The notes below the pieces were generated by a model that was not told where the DNA came from, did no database searches, and worked only from the letters and a program-made list of their open reading frames with translations. A DNA stretch of 64,000 bases. Source: Erysipelotrichaceae bacterium (GTDB lineage Bacteria > Bacillota_I > Bacilli_A > RFN20 > CAG-826). How positions within the stretch are numbered: the stretch's first letter is position 1; the number at the start of each line of letters is the position of its first letter. This document shows, in pieces, positions 1 to 8,284 of the stretch. A program made the translations under genes and the position numbers. Location: positions 3,252-67,251 of the forward strand of contig SVAY01000001.1 in the NCBI GenBank assembly GCA_015059185.1. Reading direction: 5' to 3'.

Positions 1-287
1 TAATGGTCCATACATATAACCAACTAGGAAAATAGCGATTTCATCTAAGTGCACCTTAAGCCAAGGTGGAGTGAATCCTAGTCCAAAGTCAGGCACCCAA
101 ACATATAGGATTGTAGCAATCGCACTGAAGATACCTGTAACAGCGATAAATTTGGTTGGACTCACTTTCTTCTTTTTATAATTAAAGATAGAAATAATAA
201 ATAACCCTATTACTAGAGCAATCATCAGTCCCATAAGGACCCATTTGAACCAACCCATGAAAGATTTAAGTCCATCAATATTCATAA
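1..287 (-). CDS. ECF transporter S component, RibU-like (partial, runs off window start)
   Basis: Manual translation of the minus strand from ATG at 287: MNIDGLKSFMGWFKWVLMGLMIALVIG...LKVHLDEIAIFLVGYMYGPL. Multi-TM, with an 'L.D..IP..L.G.L.GP' style motif typical of RibU/ECF S components. GGAGGG RBS at 294-299. An FMN riboswitch lies immediately upstream. Confidence 0.55.
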
Positions 288-303
288 TAAAAATCCCTCC
301 TAA

Positions 304-443
304 CTTCAGGTGGGATTATATATAGCAGAATAAACTAACTTCTACTATCCGGACTGTACCGTTGGCTTAGGAATTTCACCTAATCATGCTCGTTGAGCTC
401 GCGGGCTATACCGCCAGTTGACGTAATTCTCGTCACCCTGAAG
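304..443 (-). ncRNA. FMN riboswitch (RFN element) controlling the RibU-like gene
   Basis: Minus-strand read: cuucAGGGUGacgaGAAUU...GGCGGUAuAGCCCGCGAGC...GGUGAAAUUCCuaaGCCaACgGUACAGUCCGGAUAGUAGAAG...CACCUGAAG. It matches the conserved RFN blocks (AGGGUGAAAUUCC, GGCGGUA..AGCCCG, GGUGGAUUCAG..GCCGACAGUGAAAGUCUGGAUGGGAGAAG). The P1 helix cuucagggug/caccugaag closes it. The 3' P1 strand abuts the RBS, which suggests translational control. Confidence 0.75.
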
Positions 444-493
444 CAATTTAATACTAGCACTTATAATAATGTCTTACAAACAATAAACACTAT

Positions 494-1924
494 TTAATTT
501 TGATAATGTTTGATGGAATCAGTGATGGTGGTCTCTTTTGACTCGTGACCATACTTATCAACCTCCATCTTGTCTCTTAATTCATGAGATAAACAGGCAG
601 GTCCACCGATACAGCCACCGATACAACCCATACCTTCGATAAAGTTGAAATCAACATTACCACCCTTGGCTTTGATTAAGGCTAAACGACAATTTTCAAG
701 TCCATCAACTGAGATAGGCTTAGCTTCAAATGTGCTACCTTGCTCTTTAAGCGCTTCTTTCACCGCATCGGTTAATCCACCAGCACGGGCAAATATTCTG
801 CCATAGTATGAAGCATTATCAAGTGGAGATTCTTCTAAACTACTAACATCAATTTCTCTTGCGTCAATCATCGCTTGAAGTTCTTCAAATGTTAATGTCA
901 CATCAACATAAGGAGAGACGCGAGGATCTTTGATCTCTTGTTTTTTAGAAATGCATGGTCCAATAAACATAATCTTACAATTTGGATTATGCTCCTTAAT
1001 CCATTTAGCGATAGTTGCCATTGGAGAAAGGTTATGGGAAATCTTATCGGTTAATTCCGGATAATATTTCTTGATGAATGAGACAAATGTTGGACAGCAA
1101 CTAGAAGTTAAAAATCCTTTTTCTTCTAATTCTTTAGCTTCAGAATAGCTCACCATATCAGCACCTAAGGCTGCTTCCACTACACTTCTAAATCCAAGGC
1201 GTTGAATGGCAGCCACCACTTGGCCTAATTTAACACCCTTATATTGAGTAGCAATCGAAGGAGCAACAATCGCATAGACTGGATATTTGTTAGAGAAGTC
1301 TGAATCTTTTAAGATATCAATCGCTTCTTTCAAAAACGATTTATCCATGATCGCACCGAATGGGCATTGATAAACACAAGCTCCACATTGGACGCACTTC
1401 TCATCATTGATTTTTGCCGCGTGATCTTCATCCATAGAGATGGCTTTCACCTTACAAGCTTGTTCACAAGGTCTTAAGTAATTTTGAATGGCGTTATATT
1501 GACACGCTTTTGCACACAAGCCACAGTTCACACATTTGCTTTTATCAATGATTGCAGCTCTTGTTTCTTCATTAAATCTAATCGCCCCTCTACGACATTC
1601 TTTTTGACATCTATGAGCGATACAACCCCTACATCTATTTGTGACTTCATATCCACCTAAAGGACATTCATCACAGGCAATCTTAATAACTTCAACAACA
1701 TTATCAATGTTCTTATTACCACCTAAGGCAAGCTTCATTCTTTCTAAGACGATTGCTCTTTCTTTATAGATACAGCATCTCATGGTGGATTTTGGTCCTG
1801 GAGAAATACGAACTGGAATATCGTTATATTCTTCAAGTAAGGTTCCGTTATATAAACCCCTCGCAATTTCTTTTAAGACCTTATATTTAAGTTCTTGTAC
1901 ACTTGTGTCAAATTTTAATTCCAT
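494..1924 (-). CDS. [FeFe]-hydrogenase family protein with N-terminal 4Fe-4S ferredoxin domains (hfsD-like)
   Basis: 476 aa. Several CxxCxxCxxxCP ferredoxin motifs. H-cluster-like motifs TSSCCP, GPCISKKQE and EGMGCIGGCIGGP. Last gene of the hydrogenase/PP2C cluster. Confidence 0.7.
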   Translation of the reverse strand: MELKFDTSVQELKYKVLKEIARGLYNGTLLEEYNDIPVRISPGPKSTMRCCIYKERAIVLERMKLALGGNKNIDNVVEVIKIACDECPLGGYEVTNRCRGCIAHRCQKECRRGAIRFNEETRAAIIDKSKCVNCGLCAKACQYNAIQNYLRPCEQACKVKAISMDEDHAAKINDEKCVQCGACVYQCPFGAIMDKSFLKEAIDILKDSDFSNKYPVYAIVAPSIATQYKGVKLGQVVAAIQRLGFRSVVEAALGADMVSYSEAKELEEKGFLTSSCCPTFVSFIKKYYPELTDKISHNLSPMATIAKWIKEHNPNCKIMFIGPCISKKQEIKDPRVSPYVDVTLTFEELQAMIDAREIDVSSLEESPLDNASYYGRIFARAGGLTDAVKEALKEQGSTFEAKPISVDGLENCRLALIKAKGGNVDFNFIEGMGCIGGCIGGPACLSHELRDKMEVDKYGHESKETTITDSIKHYQN

Positions 1925-1936
1925 TATCTATCCCTC

Positions 1937-3115
1937 CTAGAAATAACTCACTCGCACGTTCTTACCCATCTGCTTTAACTTATCTGCTAATGAATCGATA
2001 AGATGCATCTTGGTGGTAAAATTTATACCCGTATCTTCGCCTTGATGAGCGTTATTAATCGCACACCCAACGAAGAAGTTTATATCTGTTGCTTGCTCGA
2101 ATAAATATTGAGCGATGATGGATGCTCCATCTTGTTGATATAGCCATGAGAAGTAGAGACTATTATCTTTAAGATAGTTAGAAGCATATTCCATCACTTT
2201 ATTAATAGTAATCACTCCTTCAGTCACAAGATCCACCCCTTCAATTGTTGCAATTGGAGGTATCTCTTTATCTTTATAACCAGTGATTAATGTTAACGGT
2301 TTATTTAAATAACGCGAGACGATGTTACCAGTTGTCCCACCTGAGACAATATGTATACCTTCTTTTGCGAAGAAGAGAGATAACATATTCTTGTCATCAT
2401 CTTTATTTGTCGCAGGACCAATTAAGAGATTAGCTTGTTTCCTTTCTCTAATCCTCACGACCGCGACAGTCGTGTCATCGCCTGGACGATAGTTATATAA
2501 CTTATTACATTGAGTAGCAAGTTCGGTGGCGAGAGCCTTAGAGGAATATTCTTCACGATATATCCTTTGCATATAAGCTTTGATCTCTGGCATATCCCAA
2601 CCAAAATTCAGCGTTTCTCCTACCCCGGCATATTTCACCCCATCACTCATTAAGAAGAAGGTGTCATATAAATCCGCTTCATATTTCGCGTGATAGATAG
2701 TCTTACCATCAATCACCGTAGAAGAATAACTAAGTTCCATTATTTCCCCGTTATGTATTAAAAATGGAGTAGGGTTATCAAAGTTATAGATGTCGACATA
2801 TTTATTATCTTTCACCTTGATGATGGTGAATGTTGAATAGGCAACTTTCCTCACCTTACAAACCGGTAAGGTATTCGCGATACATCTAATACATTCCTTA
2901 ATTGAAATGTCTCCTGCAATCATGCTTGATAACATCTTGCTCGTTAAGGTTGATAAAATATTAGCCTTTACTCCACTTCCAAGACCGTCCGCTAAAACGA
3001 GGATCTTAGTAGAATCGTCTGGAGAAGTAACTTCAATATGGTCACCACAAAGCTCCTCTCCCACATGGTTAAAGGAGAGGTAACCAACTTCAGTTATATA
3101 ACGGCTATTTATCAT
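1937..3115 (-). CDS. PP2C-type (SpoIIE-like) Ser/Thr phosphatase with C-terminal accessory domain (hfsC-like)
   Basis: 392 aa. N-terminal PP2C signature (LVLADGLGSGVKA, later acidic D-rich motifs). Overlaps the upstream sensory hydrogenase by 11 nt, indicating translational coupling. Confidence 0.7.
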   Translation of the reverse strand: MINSRYITEVGYLSFNHVGEELCGDHIEVTSPDDSTKILVLADGLGSGVKANILSTLTSKMLSSMIAGDISIKECIRCIANTLPVCKVRKVAYSTFTIIKVKDNKYVDIYNFDNPTPFLIHNGEIMELSYSSTVIDGKTIYHAKYEADLYDTFFLMSDGVKYAGVGETLNFGWDMPEIKAYMQRIYREEYSSKALATELATQCNKLYNYRPGDDTTVAVVRIRERKQANLLIGPATNKDDDKNMLSLFFAKEGIHIVSGGTTGNIVSRYLNKPLTLITGYKDKEIPPIATIEGVDLVTEGVITINKVMEYASNYLKDNSLYFSWLYQQDGASIIAQYLFEQATDINFFVGCAINNAHQGEDTGINFTTKMHLIDSLADKLKQMGKNVRVSYF

Positions 3116-4781
3116 TTTCTAATGTATCCTTTAATGATGATAAAGCGACTTTTGTTTCGGCTGTACTTTCACCGAGTAAAGAAGCAATCTCTTGCACCGC
3201 TCTCATGTTTTTTTCAATAACTTTATCGGTGATTTCTAAAGACTTTTTCAGTACTTCTTTATGTTTAATCTTTGCAGTTTCTTCTTTGGTGACATCTTTC
3301 ATAATTGAAAGAAGAACATGGAATTTATTGTCATAGATAATAGTGTTCTCAACATATTTATCATATTCGTTTAAATATGTCTTTTTACGATTGATAACCT
3401 TGCCGTCAAGAGCATCAATAAAGTCACTATAATCTAAGATAGTTGCAATGTTTTTATGGATGACGCTGGCGGCATCAGGAACATTGATGATACGACACAT
3501 TGCTTTATTCATTGATTGAATGTTAAGTTTTTCATCAAGCACCATTATGCCGTTAGGCGTATTACCAACGATATTATCAGAGAAGGATTCTGCCTTTTCC
3601 ATTAAGTAAGGAAGACACATCTCTAAATGGGCTTTGCCTTGGATAATAGCGATAGCCTTTTCTCTACATGTGTTATATCCACAGCTTCCACAGTTAAGAA
3701 TCTTTTCTTTTTCGGTCTTACCCATCTCTATGAGTTTCGCGTTAATTAATGCTTCACTTGGCTCTGCTTCAATTGTACCGATTGTGTAATATTTCTTTTT
3801 AATATCTTGATAAGTGAGCTTACCTTCAGTAAAGTCGTTAGGACCAGCAGCTTTATTGATATCATAATAGCTAGAGGCAACACTCTTATTTTTATTTGAG
3901 ATTGGTCCATTAACACAGCTACCTTCACAGCTCGACATTTCTATAAAGCATTTATGAACCTTCCCGGCGAGAATATCTTCAATAACTCTTATAGACATCT
4001 CCACCCCATCAACAGCGAGATATTGATATTCATCATTCCTGCATTCCATGGTCTTAAGGATGCCACCGCATGTTGGGAATAAGCGTGCTTTACTATTTTC
4101 TTTCTTCCAATCACTACTAACTTCTTTTAAGGTGATCTTTTCTTCCGTTAACCATTCATCTAATTCTTTAAATGTTAAGACCGCATCAACAATATCACTA
4201 TTTAAGTCAGCTTCATCTTTTTTAGCAATACATGGACCGATGAAAATTACTTTTGCTTCTGGGTCACGCGCTTTAATATCTTGAGCGTGAGCGAGCATTG
4301 GGCTAGAGATATCCGCTAAATACTTTTTGGCTTCTGGATAATGCTTTTGAATTAATAAGTTGATAGAGTGACAACAACTAGAAATCACCACATCTCTATC
4401 TGGTTCATCAAGCATCTCATCATATGCTTTTTTAACAATTGTCGCTCCAATTGCGGTTTCTTCTACTTCACTAAAACCAAGCTTCTTTAAAGCAGCAATT
4501 ATTTCATCAAATGAAGTATATGAATAATAAGAAACAAAGCTAGGGGCTAAAGAAGCATAGACTTTATGACTTGATAATAATCTTTTTGCCTTACTAACAT
4601 CATTTCTTACCACCTTCACTTCTTGAGGGCAGACTAAATAACATCTTCCACAAAGGATACAGGTATCACTGATGATAGAGGCTTTATCTCCACCAAATGA
4701 AATAGATTTGATTGGACAATGCCTAATACATTTATAACAGTTCTTACAGTTATTACTCTTGCTTTCTAAACAAAATGACAT
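3105..4781 (-). CDS. Sensory [FeFe]-hydrogenase (HydS/HfsB-like) with C-terminal PAS domain
   Basis: 558 aa. N-terminal Cys-rich ferredoxin motifs. H-domain motifs SSCCHS, GPCIAKKDE and MSSCEGSCVNGP. C-terminal roughly 130 aa PAS-like region (NIVGNTPNGIMVLDEKLNIQSMNKAMCRII...). Sits between the NuoE-like gene and the PP2C phosphatase. Confidence 0.75.
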   Translation of the reverse strand: MSFCLESKSNNCKNCYKCIRHCPIKSISFGGDKASIISDTCILCGRCYLVCPQEVKVVRNDVSKAKRLLSSHKVYASLAPSFVSYYSYTSFDEIIAALKKLGFSEVEETAIGATIVKKAYDEMLDEPDRDVVISSCCHSINLLIQKHYPEAKKYLADISSPMLAHAQDIKARDPEAKVIFIGPCIAKKDEADLNSDIVDAVLTFKELDEWLTEEKITLKEVSSDWKKENSKARLFPTCGGILKTMECRNDEYQYLAVDGVEMSIRVIEDILAGKVHKCFIEMSSCEGSCVNGPISNKNKSVASSYYDINKAAGPNDFTEGKLTYQDIKKKYYTIGTIEAEPSEALINAKLIEMGKTEKEKILNCGSCGYNTCREKAIAIIQGKAHLEMCLPYLMEKAESFSDNIVGNTPNGIMVLDEKLNIQSMNKAMCRIINVPDAASVIHKNIATILDYSDFIDALDGKVINRKKTYLNEYDKYVENTIIYDNKFHVLLSIMKDVTKEETAKIKHKEVLKKSLEITDKVIEKNMRAVQEIASLLGESTAETKVALSSLKDTLENDK

Positions 4782-4783
4782 AA

Positions 4784-5050
4784 TTATCCTCTAACTTTAG
4801 AAAGGATGTGTTTGTTAAATACATCATCAAAATTGTCTTTGGTCACACCGGTGATAATTTGTTCATCTACTTGAATAGAAACTCCCGCGATACCACACTT
4901 ACCTAAACAGAATGTGCCTTTGAGATTAACCTTATCTTCTAGACCTTCTTTTGCTAATCTAGCTTTCATAAGCTCAATGATGTCATAACTTCCTTTTAAG
5001 TGGCAGGAAGAACCAACACAAATAAGAACTGTCATTTTTATATCCCCCAT
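4784..5050 (-). CDS. NuoE/HoxE-like thioredoxin-fold [2Fe-2S] protein (hfsA-like)
   Basis: 88 aa. The Cys pattern C..SSCH...C..KCG is typical of the NuoE 2Fe-2S family. First gene of the cluster. Confidence 0.7.
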   Translation of the reverse strand: MGDIKMTVLICVGSSCHLKGSYDIIELMKARLAKEGLEDKVNLKGTFCLGKCGIAGVSIQVDEQIITGVTKDNFDDVFNKHILSKVRG

Positions 5051-5097
5051 ATTGGTCAGAAACTACTATAGTTTAATGCCTATATGTCAATCGCTCA

Positions 5098-5128
5098 ATA
5101 ATAAAAATAAGGAAATTGTAAATTCCTT
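5098..5128 (-). terminator. Rho-independent terminator downstream of the flavoprotein gene
   Basis: Hairpin aaggaaattgtaaattcctt at 5109-5128, followed on the minus strand by a U-run. Confidence 0.5.
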
Positions 5129-5157
5129 ATCAAGAAATAGCAAATGTAAACCGCTTT

Positions 5158-5790
5158 TTACTTAAAAAGTTTGGAGGCTAAATTATATAATTCTTTACAC
5201 TCCAACGGGAAAACTTCTTCATGACGTTTTAGTTTATGTTCGGCGTCAAAATATGTCCATTTCCAATCAGTCTTAGAATAGTCTTTAATTTGTAATGTAT
5301 CAGGGGCGATAAACACTTCAGTAGGGCCAATGAACCTTTCAAATGTATTTTTATAAGCGTTCATAAAATCTAGAGAATATTCCTTGGGTCCGTTTGATGT
5401 AGCAACAAGAATAACCGGAACCATATGAGTATTACAGTTAGGAGTTTCTCTTTGATAAGTAAGATTTTGGAATATTAATCTTTCATATAAAGCGCGAAAT
5501 GAAGCGGTGAGGTTAGATAAATAATTAGGTGAACCAATAATCAGTCCATCGCTCTCTCTAATTGCGTCTAATACAGGAGTTAATCCATCGCGACAAACGC
5601 AGTGGCCTTTAAATTTTTCTTTCTTACAACCAAAGCAAGAAATACAGCCGGTATATTTTTCTAATCTAAATAGATCAAACCAAATAACTTCATTCCCATT
5701 ATCCTTAATGGCTTTGGCAGCTTCATTAAGCAAGGTATCGGTGTTCCAATTTTTTCTTGGTCCAGCGTTAACAATGACTATCTTCTTCAT
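5158..5790 (-). CDS. NADPH-dependent FMN reductase / flavodoxin-like fold protein
   Basis: 210 aa. MKKIVIVNAGPRKNWNTDTL... flavodoxin-like N-terminus, plus Cys cluster CISCFGC. Confidence 0.6.
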   Translation of the reverse strand: MKKIVIVNAGPRKNWNTDTLLNEAAKAIKDNGNEVIWFDLFRLEKYTGCISCFGCKKEKFKGHCVCRDGLTPVLDAIRESDGLIIGSPNYLSNLTASFRALYERLIFQNLTYQRETPNCNTHMVPVILVATSNGPKEYSLDFMNAYKNTFERFIGPTEVFIAPDTLQIKDYSKTDWKWTYFDAEHKLKRHEEVFPLECKELYNLASKLFK

Positions 5791-7273
5791 TTATTATTTC
5801 CTCGTTATTCTCATGATTATTACTAAATAGAAGTTGATATAAATAATAACCAAATATTAATAATCCGATACTACTTCCTACAATATAAGCGACCCACATT
5901 GGAATGAATCTTCCTAAGGCAATATGTGGTTCACCAAAGATATAAGTTGCAACCACTGTAGTCATAATTAAGGCGGGAATTGCAGTGAAAAGTGAGCGAT
6001 ATTTACCTTTTCCATCCTTAAGTAGATATCCCGTAGATACCCATAAGCAAGCCGCGGCAAGTAGTTGATTACTCCACGCGAACCACCGCCACAAGATGTT
6101 GAAATTAGACTCATCTAAAAAGTTCCAAACACTGATTCCAGATACTAACACAAATAGAGGTAAGGTTAATATTAATCTATTTTGTATTTTCTTTTGATCA
6201 AGTTTAAACCATTCACCTAAAATTAGACGGCAACTACGTAAGGCAGTATCACCACTTGTTATTGGACATATAACCACTCCCACAATCGCAAGCACCGTAC
6301 CTACCGGGCCAAGCAAAGTTGATGATATTTCTTGTACGGAAGTTGAACTACCACCAACATGGGCTAAAGCGGCCCAACCATCTGCCGTATCAACACGGTA
6401 GAAAGCCATCGCAGCAGCAGCCCAAATTAAAGCAATAACACCTTCTGCTACCATCGCTCCATAAAAGACTTGGCGACCTTCTTTTTCACTCTTAATACAT
6501 TTAGCGATCATTGGTGATTGAGTCGCATGGAAACCACTAACTGCACCACACGCAACGGTGGTAAGCATAAATGGCCACCAAGGTAGGCCACCATTCTTGG
6601 CACTAAAGTCTTGGAAGTGATTAATGAGTTCTAACATTGGATATTTATCTTGTTGGAACAACACTCCCCCAATAACTGCAAGAGCCATAACAATAAGGAT
6701 GACACCAAATATTGGATATAATTTACCAATCACTTTATCGATCGGAACTATTGCGCTGATTAAATAATAAGCAAGGATGATGAGCATCCAAATCCAAGCA
6801 AATACTTTCCCACCAGTTAGTGATTCAAGTAACGAAGAAGGTGATACCACAAATACAGCGGTCACTAAAACTAATAAGACAATAGAAAAGATTCTCATTA
6901 CTATTTCCATCACCTTACCAACATAGATGTGAGATAATTTGACGATGGAGTTGCCGTTATTCCTACTAGAAATCATTCCACAGAAATAATCGTGTACCGC
7001 ACCACCTAAGATACAGCCAAGCACAATCCAAAGGAATACAATTGGACCAAATAAAGCACCACTAATCGCGCCAAATATTGGACCGGTACCAGCGATGTTA
7101 AGTAATTCAATTAAAAATGATTTCCATTTAGGTAATGGGGTAATATCTACGCCATCCGGATTTCTAATTGCAGGAGTTTCTCGTTCATCAATTTGAAAAA
7201 CTCTTTCAGTCACACGGGAATAGATAAGATATCCCATTATTAAAATTGCTAAAGCAATAAAGAACGTCCACAT
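5768..7273 (-). CDS. cstA: Carbon starvation protein CstA family transporter
   Basis: 501 aa polytopic membrane protein. LNIAGTGPIFGAISGALFGP motif and overall CstA-like organisation. Confidence 0.8.
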   Translation of the reverse strand: MWTFFIALAILIMGYLIYSRVTERVFQIDERETPAIRNPDGVDITPLPKWKSFLIELLNIAGTGPIFGAISGALFGPIVFLWIVLGCILGGAVHDYFCGMISSRNNGNSIVKLSHIYVGKVMEIVMRIFSIVLLVLVTAVFVVSPSSLLESLTGGKVFAWIWMLIILAYYLISAIVPIDKVIGKLYPIFGVILIVMALAVIGGVLFQQDKYPMLELINHFQDFSAKNGGLPWWPFMLTTVACGAVSGFHATQSPMIAKCIKSEKEGRQVFYGAMVAEGVIALIWAAAAMAFYRVDTADGWAALAHVGGSSTSVQEISSTLLGPVGTVLAIVGVVICPITSGDTALRSCRLILGEWFKLDQKKIQNRLILTLPLFVLVSGISVWNFLDESNFNILWRWFAWSNQLLAAACLWVSTGYLLKDGKGKYRSLFTAIPALIMTTVVATYIFGEPHIALGRFIPMWVAYIVGSSIGLLIFGYYLYQLLFSNNHENNEEIINEEDSHC

Positions 7274-7371
7274 ACCATAAAATATTAATTCTTCTTGATA
7301 GATTAAATCAAGAACGCATTATGTTTTGCCTTACATAATTATTCATTCATAATTAATTAGAGGGCATTTAA

Positions 7372-8235
7372 ATGAAGATTATTAAATATTTAGATTCATT
7401 ATCATCGTTAGAAAATAAGACTATCTTAGTAACTGGCGCGACAAGCGGTATCGGATTATGCTTAGCGGATCAAATTTTATATAAGAAAGGTAAGTTGGTA
7501 ATCCTAGCAAGAAACCTAACAAAAGCCAACAAGGTTAAAGAAGGTTTATTAAATAAATATCCTGATGCTTATATCGATATCATTGAATTTGATCAATCAA
7601 AGAAAGAATTAATGGATAAAGCGTTAAAAGAAGTAATTAATAAATATAAAGACTTCTATGCATTAATAATTAATGCAGGTATCTATATGCCTGACGGGAA
7701 CGCGGTTGACGAAGAAGGATATACATTAACTTATAGTACGAACGGTATAGGACTATATTATTTCTTCTATAAAATCATTCCTTATTTATCTAAAGAACAA
7801 AGGGTTATCTTGCAAGGTTCATTTGTCTCTGGTTGGAGCCAAACTAAGAAGGTAGATTTAAAAGATACTTCCCATCCATTACACAAACAATATGTAATCT
7901 CTAAATCAATGGTTGAGTCTCTCTATTATCATCATCTTAATACCGATAACAATTATTCTATATATCTCACTGAACCAGGGTTCACCAAAACAGAGTTAAC
8001 CAAGAACTTATCTAAGGTATTAAAGAAGTTCCTTGCCATTGTAATGGCGCCTTTATATCACTCAACAGAAAAAGCTAGTTTAACCATCATGAAAGCGTTA
8101 GATGAGGATACTCTAGATAAATCATATATTGTTCCTCGAGGAGCACTTACCTATGTAGGATTCCCTGCGATAAGAAAGTTCCCTAAAAAGAGACAAAGAG
8201 AATATCTATATAATTTAGTCAAAGAAGTAATATAA
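7372..8235 (+). CDS. Short-chain dehydrogenase/reductase (SDR) family oxidoreductase
   Basis: 287 aa. TGATSGIG Rossmann motif. Catalytic YxxxK-like region (YVISK). Confidence 0.75.
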   Translation: MKIIKYLDSLSSLENKTILVTGATSGIGLCLADQILYKKGKLVILARNLTKANKVKEGLLNKYPDAYIDIIEFDQSKKELMDKALKEVINKYKDFYALIINAGIYMPDGNAVDEEGYTLTYSTNGIGLYYFFYKIIPYLSKEQRVILQGSFVSGWSQTKKVDLKDTSHPLHKQYVISKSMVESLYYHHLNTDNNYSIYLTEPGFTKTELTKNLSKVLKKFLAIVMAPLYHSTEKASLTIMKALDEDTLDKSYIVPRGALTYVGFPAIRKFPKKRQREYLYNLVKEVI

Positions 8236-8266
8236 ATCCACAACCCCATCGAGTTGTGGATTATTT
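8236..8266. terminator. Bidirectional hairpin terminator between the SDR gene and the HD-GYP gene
   Basis: atccacaaccccatcgagttgtggat perfect 8-bp stem, followed by ttattt. Confidence 0.55.
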
Positions 8267-8284
8267 GCATATTAAGTATTGCTA

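Noticed and set aside
304-443. Possible cobalamin riboswitch upstream of the ECF S component
   Set aside because: The element lacks the B12 box (GCCACTG) and the AGGGAA motif. It matches the FMN/RFN conserved blocks, and the downstream protein is RibU-like.
3038-3220. 60-aa plus-strand ORF overlapping the hfsB/hfsC junction
   Set aside because: It is antisense to two translationally coupled genes and has no start context.
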